Part shown: positions 15,768 to 24,237 of the stretch, piece after piece
How positions within the stretch are numbered: the first letter of the stretch is position 1
Layout: every line of letters starts with the position of its first letter
Origin: an uncultured Methanotrichaceae archaeon
GTDB taxonomy: Archaea > Halobacteriota > Methanosarcinia > Methanotrichales > Methanotrichaceae
DNA: 28,047 bases
Direction of reading: 5' to 3'
Assembly: GCA_964556405.1 (NCBI GenBank)
Contig: CAZKWM010000002.1
Span: 1 to 28,047 of the forward strand
Made by a program: the position numbers and the translations under genes
Notes under the pieces: model-generated
Seen by the model: the letters and a program-made list of their open reading frames with translations, nothing else
What the model was told of the DNA's origin: nothing
Databases searched by the model: none

Positions 15768-16432
15768 GGCCGCTTCATACGCCATTTAAGGAGGGCGCCG
15801 TCGCCCAGCCTCTCCAAGGCCACCAGATCAAGCTCAGGAAAGTTGAAGGCAAATCCCAAGCCGTCTACTAGAGTTGGCGCACTCTCTCCGCCAATGATCA
15901 TAGGACCAATGTATATGTAAATCTCATCTAAGAGCCCAGCCTCCATTAGGGACCAGTTCAGCGTCGCCCCGCCCTCGACCATCAGCCTTCTTACGCCCCT
16001 AGAGCGAAGATTTGCCATGAGCGCTCCTAAATCCACCCTGGAGTCGCCAAAGACCACGATATCTGCCTTTCCCCCCAGCTGCTCCAGACGGTCTTCGGGT
16101 GCAGCCTTGGAGACCGCCAGGATGCATCCCTCTCCTAGGACCTTGGCATCAGGATGGGTCCGGGCCAAGCTGTCCGCCACCACCCGAATGGGATTCTCGG
16201 CCTTTCCTGCCCTGATCCTCGCTCTCCTCAGATCCGCGGACTTTACCCTGAGACCTGGGTCGTCCGCCAGGACCGTTCCCACGCCCACCATGATGGCATC
16301 GCTGGAGGCCCGGAGTTCTGCAACCCTGGAAAGATCCTCTCTTTCCGAGATGCTGATCTGATGGCGCCGAAAGGAGCTTATCTTGCCATCGGCACTCATG
16401 GCACTGTTGATGAAGATAAAGGGCCTCTCCAT
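15764..16432 (-). CDS. arfC: 2,5-diamino-6-ribosylamino-4(3H)-pyrimidinone 5'-phosphate reductase (RibD C-terminal domain, archaeal)
   Basis: FINSAMSADGKIS, DAIMVGVGTVLADDPGL, LMVEGGATLNWSL and GGESAPTLVDG. Confidence 0.93.
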   Translation of the reverse strand: MERPFIFINSAMSADGKISSFRRHQISISEREDLSRVAELRASSDAIMVGVGTVLADDPGLRVKSADLRRARIRAGKAENPIRVVADSLARTHPDAKVLGEGCILAVSKAAPEDRLEQLGGKADIVVFGDSRVDLGALMANLRSRGVRRLMVEGGATLNWSLMEAGLLDEIYIYIGPMIIGGESAPTLVDGLGFAFNFPELDLVALERLGDGALLKWRMKRP

Positions 16433-16486
16433 GGCTGTCCCAAGATCGAGAGAGGCTAAATAGCTTCTCGCCCAATTTTAAGGCAG

Positions 16487-17542
16487 ATGGTCAGATCTGA
16501 GGAGATGGTTCTGTCGGGGACTGTGATCTACGGCGATGACTTCGACGTTGTGCAGGGCTACGTCTGCCTGAAGGACGGCATCATAAAGGAGGTGGGAGAA
16601 GGCAGGGTGGATTGTGACCTGGAAGGCATCATCTGCCCCAGGTTCGTCAATGCCCATACCCACCTTGGAGACTCTGTTGCCAAGGACCCGCCCTTCATGG
16701 ATCTCCGTAACCTGGTGGGGCCAGAAGGCTTCAAGCACCGCATCCTGGCAATGACCGCCAGAAGTCTCCTGGTGGAGGGGATGAGAAGGTCCGTCCTGGA
16801 CATGATTTCCACTGGGACCTTTGCCGTCCTGGACTTTCGCGAGGGGGGGCCAGAGGGAACTGAGATGCTCCTGGAGGCTATTCAAGGCCTGGACGTAGTC
16901 TGCTCCATCATGGGAAGGCCTGACCAGGGATCAACAGAGATAGACGACAGGTGCTTCGGCCTGGGCATGAGCAGCACCAGGGATATGCCCTTTGATCTGG
17001 CCAGAGAATGTGTGAGCTGCGCCAGGAGCCTGGGCAAGGGGTTTGCAGTCCACGCAGGAGAGGCGAGCAGGGACGACATAGAGGGCGCCCTGAGCCTCTG
17101 TCCCGATTTTCTGGTCCACATGAACAAGGCTGATAGATCCGACCTGGAGAAGGTGGCCAGAAGGGAAATTCCAGTGGTGGTCTGCCCCAGGTCCAACCTC
17201 TTCACAGGGGTGGGCCTGCCCGATGTCGGAACCATGGCGGACCTGGGAATAACCGTGGCCATAGGGACGGATAACGTCATGCTCAATTCGGTAAACATCC
17301 TTGAGGAGATGGCTCTGATATCCAAGTACCTCCTCCACGACGATAGACAGGTATTTAAGATGTGTACGCTAAATGGTGCAAAGATTGCTGGTATCGATAA
17401 AAAGGCCGGCTCGATACTGGAGGGGAAGGAGGGCAGAGTGATGGTCATCGACGGATCGTCGAACAACATGTGGGGATCCACGGATCCCCTGGCCAGCATC
17501 GTCAGGAGGGCCAGGCCCTCTGATGTCCTGGCCGTGTTCTAG
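16487..17542 (+). CDS. Metal-dependent amidohydrolase (deaminase-like)
   Basis: FVNAHTHLGDS (HxH), VHAGE, LVHM, CPRSN and IGTDN metal-ligand motifs. Confidence 0.88.
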   Translation: MVRSEEMVLSGTVIYGDDFDVVQGYVCLKDGIIKEVGEGRVDCDLEGIICPRFVNAHTHLGDSVAKDPPFMDLRNLVGPEGFKHRILAMTARSLLVEGMRRSVLDMISTGTFAVLDFREGGPEGTEMLLEAIQGLDVVCSIMGRPDQGSTEIDDRCFGLGMSSTRDMPFDLARECVSCARSLGKGFAVHAGEASRDDIEGALSLCPDFLVHMNKADRSDLEKVARREIPVVVCPRSNLFTGVGLPDVGTMADLGITVAIGTDNVMLNSVNILEEMALISKYLLHDDRQVFKMCTLNGAKIAGIDKKAGSILEGKEGRVMVIDGSSNNMWGSTDPLASIVRRARPSDVLAVF

Positions 17543-17553
17543 GTGTTAGAGAG

Positions 17554-17991
17554 ATGTTCGAGAAGATCATGGTGGCAACGGACGGATCAGAGCACAGCGA
17601 GAGGGCAGCAAAGATAGGGATTGAGATCGCCAAGCTTTCAGGTGGCACCGTGACCGCGATCTATGTGGCCGATGTGAGAAGGAATAGCCACCTACCCGAT
17701 GCTTTGCTCTTAGTGAGCATCAGAGAGCTTCTGATCAAGGAGGGCAAGGAAGCTGTAAGTGTCGTTGAGAAGGCCGCCAAAGAGGCAGGGGTTCCTGTGA
17801 AGAAAGCCGTGCTGGAGGGAAATCCAGGAGAGGAGATCGCCGGTTTTGCAGTCAAGAACGACGTGAGCCTCATTGTCATGGGCAGCGTGGGCAGGACTGG
17901 GCTAGACAAGTTCCTCCTAGGATCCGTGGCTGAGAAGGTGGTCAGAAACTCCAAGGTGCCGGTCCTCACTGTGCCCAGGGAGGCAACTTGA
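17554..17991 (+). CDS. uspA: Universal stress protein (paralogue of 15300-15767)
   Basis: IMVATDGSEHS...GSVGRTGLDKFLLGSVAEKVVRNSKVPVL. Confidence 0.95.
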   Translation: MFEKIMVATDGSEHSERAAKIGIEIAKLSGGTVTAIYVADVRRNSHLPDALLLVSIRELLIKEGKEAVSVVEKAAKEAGVPVKKAVLEGNPGEEIAGFAVKNDVSLIVMGSVGRTGLDKFLLGSVAEKVVRNSKVPVLTVPREAT

Positions 17992-18848
17992 TACAAGTAA
18001 AAGATATGATGGTCAGGGATGTGGCTCACGTGGCAGTCCCGGGCAACAGGACTGAGGTCCTCAAGGTCCTTCAAAAGAGGCAGGTTTCAGGATTACCCGT
18101 AGTCAAGGCCGGCGAGGTGGTGGGGATGATTACCAGGTCAGATCTCCTCAGAAACCCCGAGGAGGATCAGACGGCACTGATCATGACCCGAAATCCGGCC
18201 ACCATCACCTCTGAGAGCACCATGGTCGACGCCGCCAAGGCCATCCTCCAACACAGGGTAAGAAGGCTGCCGGTGATCGAGGGGAGAAAGCTTATAGGCA
18301 TCATATCCATCGCCGATGTGGTCAAGGTAGCGGTGGGTCTTGGCATCGAAGAGAAGATAAGCAAGTACATAGAGCGCAACGCCGTAGCCCTCTGGGCAGA
18401 CACACCCCTTCCCGTAGCCGGGGCCATCATGGAGCTGGCTCAAGCCGAGGCCTGCCCAGTCCTGGGATCAGACTTAAGGATGGTAGGCATAATCTCCGAC
18501 CGGGACCTCATTAACGCCAGCATCATCACGGATTCCACTGCAAAGACCAGCTTGGAATCGGCCGCTGAGGACGACGACTACCAGTGGGATAGATTTAGAC
18601 AGCCTGACAACTTCTACTACGGCGTTTCCAAGATAGAGTTGAAGAACGTTCTGGTAAAAGATGCCATGGTCCCCGCCATGACCGCCCGGAGAGATAATAC
18701 TGTCAGCGAAAGCGCCGAGGTCATGAGGAAAAATAGGATAGATCAGCTTCCTGTGATCACCCCTGGCCAGAAGTTGGTGGGGATGTTCAGGGATAGGGAC
18801 GTGACCAAGGCACTGGTGGATTATTATTCTCATGGTCAGAAGGGCTAA
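17988..18848 (+). CDS. Tandem CBS-domain protein
   Basis: Four CBS-like repeats (VKDMM, SGLPVV..VVGMITRSDL, RRLPVI..IGIISIADV, DQLPVI..LVGM). The TTG start overlaps the USP stop. Confidence 0.92.
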   Translation: MIQVKDMMVRDVAHVAVPGNRTEVLKVLQKRQVSGLPVVKAGEVVGMITRSDLLRNPEEDQTALIMTRNPATITSESTMVDAAKAILQHRVRRLPVIEGRKLIGIISIADVVKVAVGLGIEEKISKYIERNAVALWADTPLPVAGAIMELAQAEACPVLGSDLRMVGIISDRDLINASIITDSTAKTSLESAAEDDDYQWDRFRQPDNFYYGVSKIELKNVLVKDAMVPAMTARRDNTVSESAEVMRKNRIDQLPVITPGQKLVGMFRDRDVTKALVDYYSHGQKG

Positions 18849-19186
18849 AAGGCGGTTTTAAAATCTCATTTTTAGAGATATCATCGGCTCCAAGAATAAC
18901 GATCTATTATCCCAAGGGCACTGTAGGGATCGGATATCTGTTCGAGGATCCTACTCCAATAGTCGATGGCTGATAGCTGGTGCCCGGAAGATCCTGAAAG
19001 CCCCCTGGGATAGCTCCAGATCCTATGGTGCTACACGGACTGGGCACTGCCATAAGGACTGCTGTAAGAATACAGGGATTGGCCAGGGCCGACGTCGATC
19101 ATCAAAGGTAGGCAGACATCCTTGAGATGCTTGGTTCTTGAAGCACAAGATATGCAGTTTATATTATTTTATTCTAAGATCAACAT

Positions 19187-19959
19187 ATGATAAAGCATTT
19201 AACCCTCATTCCAGCCACAGGCAAACGCCTTATTGCCAAAGCAATAGCCGTCCATCCTACTATCCAGGCGGCTTTAAAATCAGGCACTTTAGCCATCATC
19301 GCCGGCACAACCAATGGTTACGTAGCCGAGGAGATTCTGAAAAGCATCGGCCAATCAGAGGGTTTTTCCAAAAAGCGATTCTTCCGCGGCGTCGTCATCT
19401 CGCCTCAGCTGCCGGTAACCGAATCCTGGCGCCTTAAGGAGGAGAGCGGATTTCCAGGCGATGCGGTAATAGCAAGTGGCACCTGGCAGAGAGGAAAGAC
19501 CATCTTCGACGTGGTCGGTGACTTGAAAGAGGGTGATGTCATCCTCACGGGAGCCAATGACCTCGACCTGACCAATCGCCAGGCAGCCGTTCTCTATAGG
19601 CCATCCAAAAGGATGCACTGTAGGTGCATCCCTACAGGCCGTGGTGGGACGGAGGGTAAGGATGATCCACCCTGTCGGCCTGGAGACGCGGGTCAACTGC
19701 AATCTGAGGGAGCTGGCAACGAGGATGAATTTACCAGGGATCCATGGGTCAAGGCTTCTGCCCGTGCCCGGAGAAGTCTTCACTGAGATCGATGCCATCT
19801 CCCTAATGACCAGGCGCCAAGGCCGAACTTATTGCGGGCGGCGGAGTTGGCTGAGCTGAGGGCAGTATCTGGCTGGCCCTGATGGGTAACGATGATCAGA
19901 TGGCTAGGGCTGAAGAGCTGATGAAAGCTATATCCTCGGAGCCCATGTTTGAAATTTAA
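19187..19959 (+). pseudogene. Conserved hypothetical protein (CoA-transferase/RpiA-like alpha/beta family), disrupted
   Basis: Stitched frames read [59 protein letters not shown]. Frameshifts occur near 19593 and 19812, with an in-frame TGA near 19855. Confidence 0.7.
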
Positions 19960-19961
19960 GG

Positions 19962-20840
19962 TCAAAGAACTTCCTTGACCACGTCATAGGTGAAGACCGG
20001 CCCATCCTGGCAGGCATGGTAAGGCCCTATGCAGCAGTGCTCGCACTTTCCCACGCCACACTTCATGTGCCTCTCCATGGAGACGTATATATCCGAGTGG
20101 TCAAAGCCCCTGGCCATGAGCTTAGCAGCCACGGCGTTGATCATCACCGAAGGGCCGCAGATGGCCGCCGAGCCCGCCAGCAGGTTGAACTTATCTATGA
20201 GGGCCGGGACCATGCCCACATTTCCTTTCCAGCCCTCATCGCCGATATCCACGGTCACGCTCACATCGATCCCCGCCTGCTGCCAGCCTTTATACTCCTG
20301 CATAAAATAGAGGTCCTGCCTGGTCCTGGCGCCATAGGCCACGGCCACCTTCCCGAAGGAATTCCTTCTGTCCACGATGTAGTTGATGAGGGACCTCAAG
20401 GTGGCAAAGCCCGATCCTCCGCCGGCGATGAGGATATCCTTCTTCATACGATCCAGGGGAAAGCCGTTTCCGCAAGGGCCACGGATGCCCAGGACATCCC
20501 CGATCCTGGCATCCATGATGCCGTTAGTGATCCTTCCAGCCCGCCTTATACAGAGCTGAAGGGAACCCCTGGTGGGAGTCGAGGTTATGGATATGGGGCA
20601 CTCGCCCAAGCCAAAGACGGAGACCATGACGAATTGGCCGGGCTTGTAGCTGAAATCAACGCCTGAAGGAAGGACCAGCGATATAAGGTAGGTGTTGGGG
20701 GACTCCACGTCGATATCCACGATCTCCGCCTGCAAGGGCAGGTAGCTGCCTTGGCTGCTCCGTCCACTGTATTTGCTGCAGCCGCTGTAACTGTTATTGC
20801 TTTTACTTATGTTGCTACTGTTGCTACCGCGATCGCTCAT
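19962..20840 (-). CDS. FAD/NAD(P)-binding [2Fe-2S] subunit (AsrB / sulfhydrogenase-gamma / FlxA-like)
   Basis: PGQFVMV, GECPISI, RGPCGNGF, GGGSG, AICGP and ERHMKCGVGKCEHC..ACQDGPVF. Probable ATG at 20840 overlaps the upstream stop. Confidence 0.9.
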   Translation of the reverse strand: MSDRGSNSSNISKSNNSYSGCSKYSGRSSQGSYLPLQAEIVDIDVESPNTYLISLVLPSGVDFSYKPGQFVMVSVFGLGECPISITSTPTRGSLQLCIRRAGRITNGIMDARIGDVLGIRGPCGNGFPLDRMKKDILIAGGGSGFATLRSLINYIVDRRNSFGKVAVAYGARTRQDLYFMQEYKGWQQAGIDVSVTVDIGDEGWKGNVGMVPALIDKFNLLAGSAAICGPSVMINAVAAKLMARGFDHSDIYVSMERHMKCGVGKCEHCCIGPYHACQDGPVFTYDVVKEVL

Positions 20841-21831
20841 CCAAAACCTCCAGCCTCCACCTATCGATCTGGGCCAGACAGATCTCGTCGCATCTTCCGC
20901 ACCCAACGCAACCGATAAGACCTGTCCTCTCGGGCAGGTGCTCGAACTTGTCCAGGTACCAATTCCTCATCATCTCGCCTATGCTCCTCAGAGGGTTGGC
21001 ACCGCTGGTCATCCTGGAGAAGCCCGAGAGAAGACAGGTATCCCTGCACCTGACCCTTTCGCCGTCAGGAACTCCAAGGTCTGCTATGCTGAAGCAGTGG
21101 CAGACGGGGCAGATGAAGGAGCATCCACCACAGCTCAGGCACTGCCTTCCAAGATATTCCCAATCAGCGGATCTAATAGCCCTGCGCAGATGCTCTACGG
21201 ATCTATCATCGTACTTCTCAGCCATGACAGACCTGGCCTTCTCCAATAAAATATCCCTAGAAGCCTCATGGGACCCATCCGCCTCTAGGAAGAGGCCTGA
21301 GGAGCAGCCCTTTATCAGCAGAACTCCGGCCGCGGACCCGGCTTCGGCCAGGTAGCCGGAGCCAAGGTCGGTGAGTGTCAGATCAAAACCTTCCAGGGAG
21401 CCTGGACCCGAGCCCATAATGGCACAAAAACACCGAGGGCCCGGGTCCGTGCAGTTCAAGGAGATCAGGAGGGTAGATCTCCTCTTGGCCAAGTAGGGAC
21501 GGTCTGTGGGTTCAGAGCCAAAGATCCTGTCAAGAATGGCCACGGCCTTGAGGTCACAGGGCTTCATTCCGACTACGACCCTGGTTGGGACATTGGGCTC
21601 ATCAAAGGTATACCTGCCGCTGTCCTGAACATATCTGAAAAGGACATCCGTCCTGGGCATGAGTACCTCTATAGGGGAGCTGAGGGTATTTCCGATCAGG
21701 ACCGGAGGCTGACCCTTCCAGGTCTGGTAGACCACCTCGCCTTCCACGTCCACCGGGGCTATCACTTCCAGACTGGAGCTTAGATCCTTCAGCCACGGGA
21801 TCAGGTTCTCCTTTGGCAGAAAAGCCTTCAA
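20824..21831 (-). CDS. 4Fe-4S dicluster subunit (AsrA / sulfhydrogenase-beta / FlxB-D-like)
   Basis: GMKPCDLKA, LNC...CFC, GFDLTLTD, CLSCGGCSFICPVCHCF and DKF...GCVGCGRCDEIC. Confidence 0.9.
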   Translation of the reverse strand: MKAFLPKENLIPWLKDLSSSLEVIAPVDVEGEVVYQTWKGQPPVLIGNTLSSPIEVLMPRTDVLFRYVQDSGRYTFDEPNVPTRVVVGMKPCDLKAVAILDRIFGSEPTDRPYLAKRRSTLLISLNCTDPGPRCFCAIMGSGPGSLEGFDLTLTDLGSGYLAEAGSAAGVLLIKGCSSGLFLEADGSHEASRDILLEKARSVMAEKYDDRSVEHLRRAIRSADWEYLGRQCLSCGGCSFICPVCHCFSIADLGVPDGERVRCRDTCLLSGFSRMTSGANPLRSIGEMMRNWYLDKFEHLPERTGLIGCVGCGRCDEICLAQIDRWRLEVLDERSR

Positions 21832-23849
21832 GGGCTCACCTTCCTCAGCCTTGCGGCGGAGATCTTAAGCTCAGGAATCTTGGAAGAGGGATCCAAGAAA
21901 GCACCAGTCAAAAGGTTGGCCGGAGCCTCACTGAAGTGGAAGGGAACAAAGAGGATCCCCCTGGGCACCCCGGGAGAAACCTTTACCTCCAGCTGAAGCT
22001 GCCCTCTCCTTGTCTCCACCAGGGCCTTCTGGCCATTCCTAAGGCCAGCTCTACTCGCGTCCTCAGGGTTTACCTCCACGAAGGGAGAGGGCACTTCCCT
22101 GTCCAGAAGAGGGCTCCTCCGGGTCATGGTACTGGTGTGGAAGTGATACAGGCACCTTCCTGTGGTAAGGAGCAGAGGATACTCGCCATCCGGACCCTCG
22201 GCAGGCTCCATGTGATCCACGGGCCTGAACCTGGCCAGGCCTATGGGAAATTTCTCAATATGCATGATCTCCGTGCCTGGATGATCCCTGGTGGGGCAGG
22301 GCCACTGGAGGCCGGCGGCTCCCAGGCGGTGGTAAGTGACTCCCCCGTAATTGGGGGCCAGGGATGAGATCTCCTCCATGATATCTGCCGGAGAGCTGTA
22401 ATCTCCGGGAACTCCAAGCCTCCTTAGAAGCTCTGCGGCCACCTCCCACTCGGACCTGCTCTCCCCAGGTGGATCCGTCGCCTTTCTAATCCTCTGTATG
22501 CGCCTCTCGGTGCTGGTGAAAGTTCCTTCCTTTTCAGCAAAGGAGGCCGCGGGAAGGACGGCGTCGGCTAGCTTCGAGGTCTCAGTGGGAAAGATATCAC
22601 ATACTGCTAGAAACTCCAGCTTTTCCAGGGCTCTTCGGACAGAGCTCCTGTCTGGATAGCTTACCATCGGATTCTCCCCGATGATGAGAAGGCCCTTGAT
22701 CTTTCCCGTCTCAGCGGACTGTATCATCTCCACGGCTGTCAGGCCTGGGACTTTGGGCAGCTTCGTGGACCAACCCTTCTCGAACTTGGCCCTTGCATTG
22801 GCGTCCACAACTTTCTGATATCCTGGATAAAGGTCCGGCAGAGCACCCATGTCGCACGCCCCCTGGACGTTCTGGTGGCCCCGGAGGGGATAGAGTCCAG
22901 TTCCCGGCCTGCCCAGGTTGCCCGTAGCCAGGGCCAAATTGGCCAGGGCCTGAACGTTGTCGGTGCCCGTGATGTGCTGGGTGATGCCCATGGCGTAGAT
23001 TATGGAGGCTTTATCGGCAGATCCATAGGCCAGGGCGGCCTCCCTTAGAACCCCGGCAGGCACTCCGCAGATCGTCTCCACGATCTCGGGGGCATAGGAG
23101 AGCACTGATTCCTTGACTGCCTCAAAGCCCATAGTCCTCTTGGTTATAAAATCCTGATCAGCCAGGCCTTCTTTGATGATGACATTGAGCAGGGAATTTA
23201 TCCAGGCCACATCGGTGCCCGGCCGCGGAGAGATGTGGATGTCCGCCAGGGAGGCTATCTGGGTCCTCCTGGGATCGACAACTATAAGCTTCGTACCCTT
23301 GGACCTGGCCTTGAGAACATAGGAAGCGACCAGAGGATGCTGCTCCGTGGTGTTGGACCCTACCACCAGAATGGCATCGGCCTCTTCAAGGCTGGATATG
23401 GGATTGGTGGTGGCACCGCTGCCGAAGGCGTAGGAGAGGCCGGTCACCGTCGGAGCATGGCAGAGCCTGGCCACGTGGTCCACATTGTTGGTCTTGAAAC
23501 CCGCCCTGGCCAGCTTGGAGAAGAGGTAGTTCTCTTCGTTGGTGCCCTTGGCAGAGGTAAGAACCCCCACTGCCGATGGATCCATTCCCGTAAGACTGGA
23601 GGCAACCAGGGAGAGGGCCTCGTCCCAGCTAGCCCTAAGCTGCCTCTCACCCTTTCGGATCATGGGATAGCTAAGCCTGTCTGGATGGTTGACGAAATCC
23701 CCGGAAAGCCAGCCCTTGATGCACAGCCTTCCTTTTGAAGCAGCATTCTTTCTGGAAGGAGATACGCCTACTACCCTGCCCCCATCCACGTGGAGATACA
23801 GCCCGCAGCCACAGCCACAGTAGACGCAGGTCGTGAGAATCTTCTCCAT
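21828..23849 (-). CDS. fdhA: Formate dehydrogenase alpha subunit (Mo/W-bisPGD, Cys ligand)
   Basis: TTCVYCGCGC..LCIKG [4Fe-4S] motif, ARLCHAPTV active-site Cys-His, PLRGHQNVQGACDMG and the C-terminal LTTGR...HFHT; GAGGTG RBS. Confidence 0.93.
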   Translation of the reverse strand: MEKILTTCVYCGCGCGLYLHVDGGRVVGVSPSRKNAASKGRLCIKGWLSGDFVNHPDRLSYPMIRKGERQLRASWDEALSLVASSLTGMDPSAVGVLTSAKGTNEENYLFSKLARAGFKTNNVDHVARLCHAPTVTGLSYAFGSGATTNPISSLEEADAILVVGSNTTEQHPLVASYVLKARSKGTKLIVVDPRRTQIASLADIHISPRPGTDVAWINSLLNVIIKEGLADQDFITKRTMGFEAVKESVLSYAPEIVETICGVPAGVLREAALAYGSADKASIIYAMGITQHITGTDNVQALANLALATGNLGRPGTGLYPLRGHQNVQGACDMGALPDLYPGYQKVVDANARAKFEKGWSTKLPKVPGLTAVEMIQSAETGKIKGLLIIGENPMVSYPDRSSVRRALEKLEFLAVCDIFPTETSKLADAVLPAASFAEKEGTFTSTERRIQRIRKATDPPGESRSEWEVAAELLRRLGVPGDYSSPADIMEEISSLAPNYGGVTYHRLGAAGLQWPCPTRDHPGTEIMHIEKFPIGLARFRPVDHMEPAEGPDGEYPLLLTTGRCLYHFHTSTMTRRSPLLDREVPSPFVEVNPEDASRAGLRNGQKALVETRRGQLQLEVKVSPGVPRGILFVPFHFSEAPANLLTGAFLDPSSKIPELKISAARLRKVSP

Positions 23850-24099
23850 GGAGCACCTCTAGGGATGATAATTAGCTGATGACTACTAGATTGATGATGG
23901 AAACAATGCATGAGCTAAATATGTTTGGGTGGGCACGGCCTTGCCATCGCGATGTGTTAGATCTAATACCCTTCGAAGTGATATCCTCCGAGATAATAGG
24001 ATCTGGCACAGAAGGGTCTGATTGAAAGTCTAAGCATAGTTAGCGCTATATACGGAAGAGATAAATAGTATCATTTGGCGAAATCTTATATAATTGGTG

Positions 24100-24118
24100 T
24101 ATTAACACTGAGTTAATA
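24100..24118. promoter_or_regulatory. Inverted repeat in the fdhA / surface-protein divergent intergenic region
   Basis: TATTAAC-actga-GTTAATA, a perfect 7-bp palindrome just downstream of TCTTATATA. Confidence 0.35.
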
Positions 24119-24237
24119 TAATTACGTTTGTAGCCTAAAGCGTCCGTCGCTGACATCAGACGATGGCGATGAGTTACCTGATCGTCTAGGTGATCTGATA
24201 GCCAACATAAGCTGAGGACAGCCGGTATCAGGGAGGG

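Noticed and set aside
15680-17975. Similar sequence at the 3' ends of the two USP genes as a second templated copy
   Set aside because: The many synonymous differences indicate ordinary paralogy, unlike the exact 96-bp copy in katE.
18850-19140. Possible gene remnant between the CBS gene and the next pseudogene
   Set aside because: All frames are interrupted and no motif was recognised.
21828-23849. Selenocysteine in FdhA
   Set aside because: The active-site codon reads Cys (ARLCHAP) and there is no in-frame TGA.
23862-23892. Fluoride-riboswitch-like GCTGATGACT motif
   Set aside because: The 5' pseudoknot half (GGnGATGG...) is absent, and the motif is on the strand opposite fdhA with no suitable downstream gene.
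24150-24200. AGACGAT/ATCGTCT hairpin as a structured leader RNA
   Set aside because: It is a single short stem with no recognisable riboswitch consensus, so it cannot be supported without covariation data.
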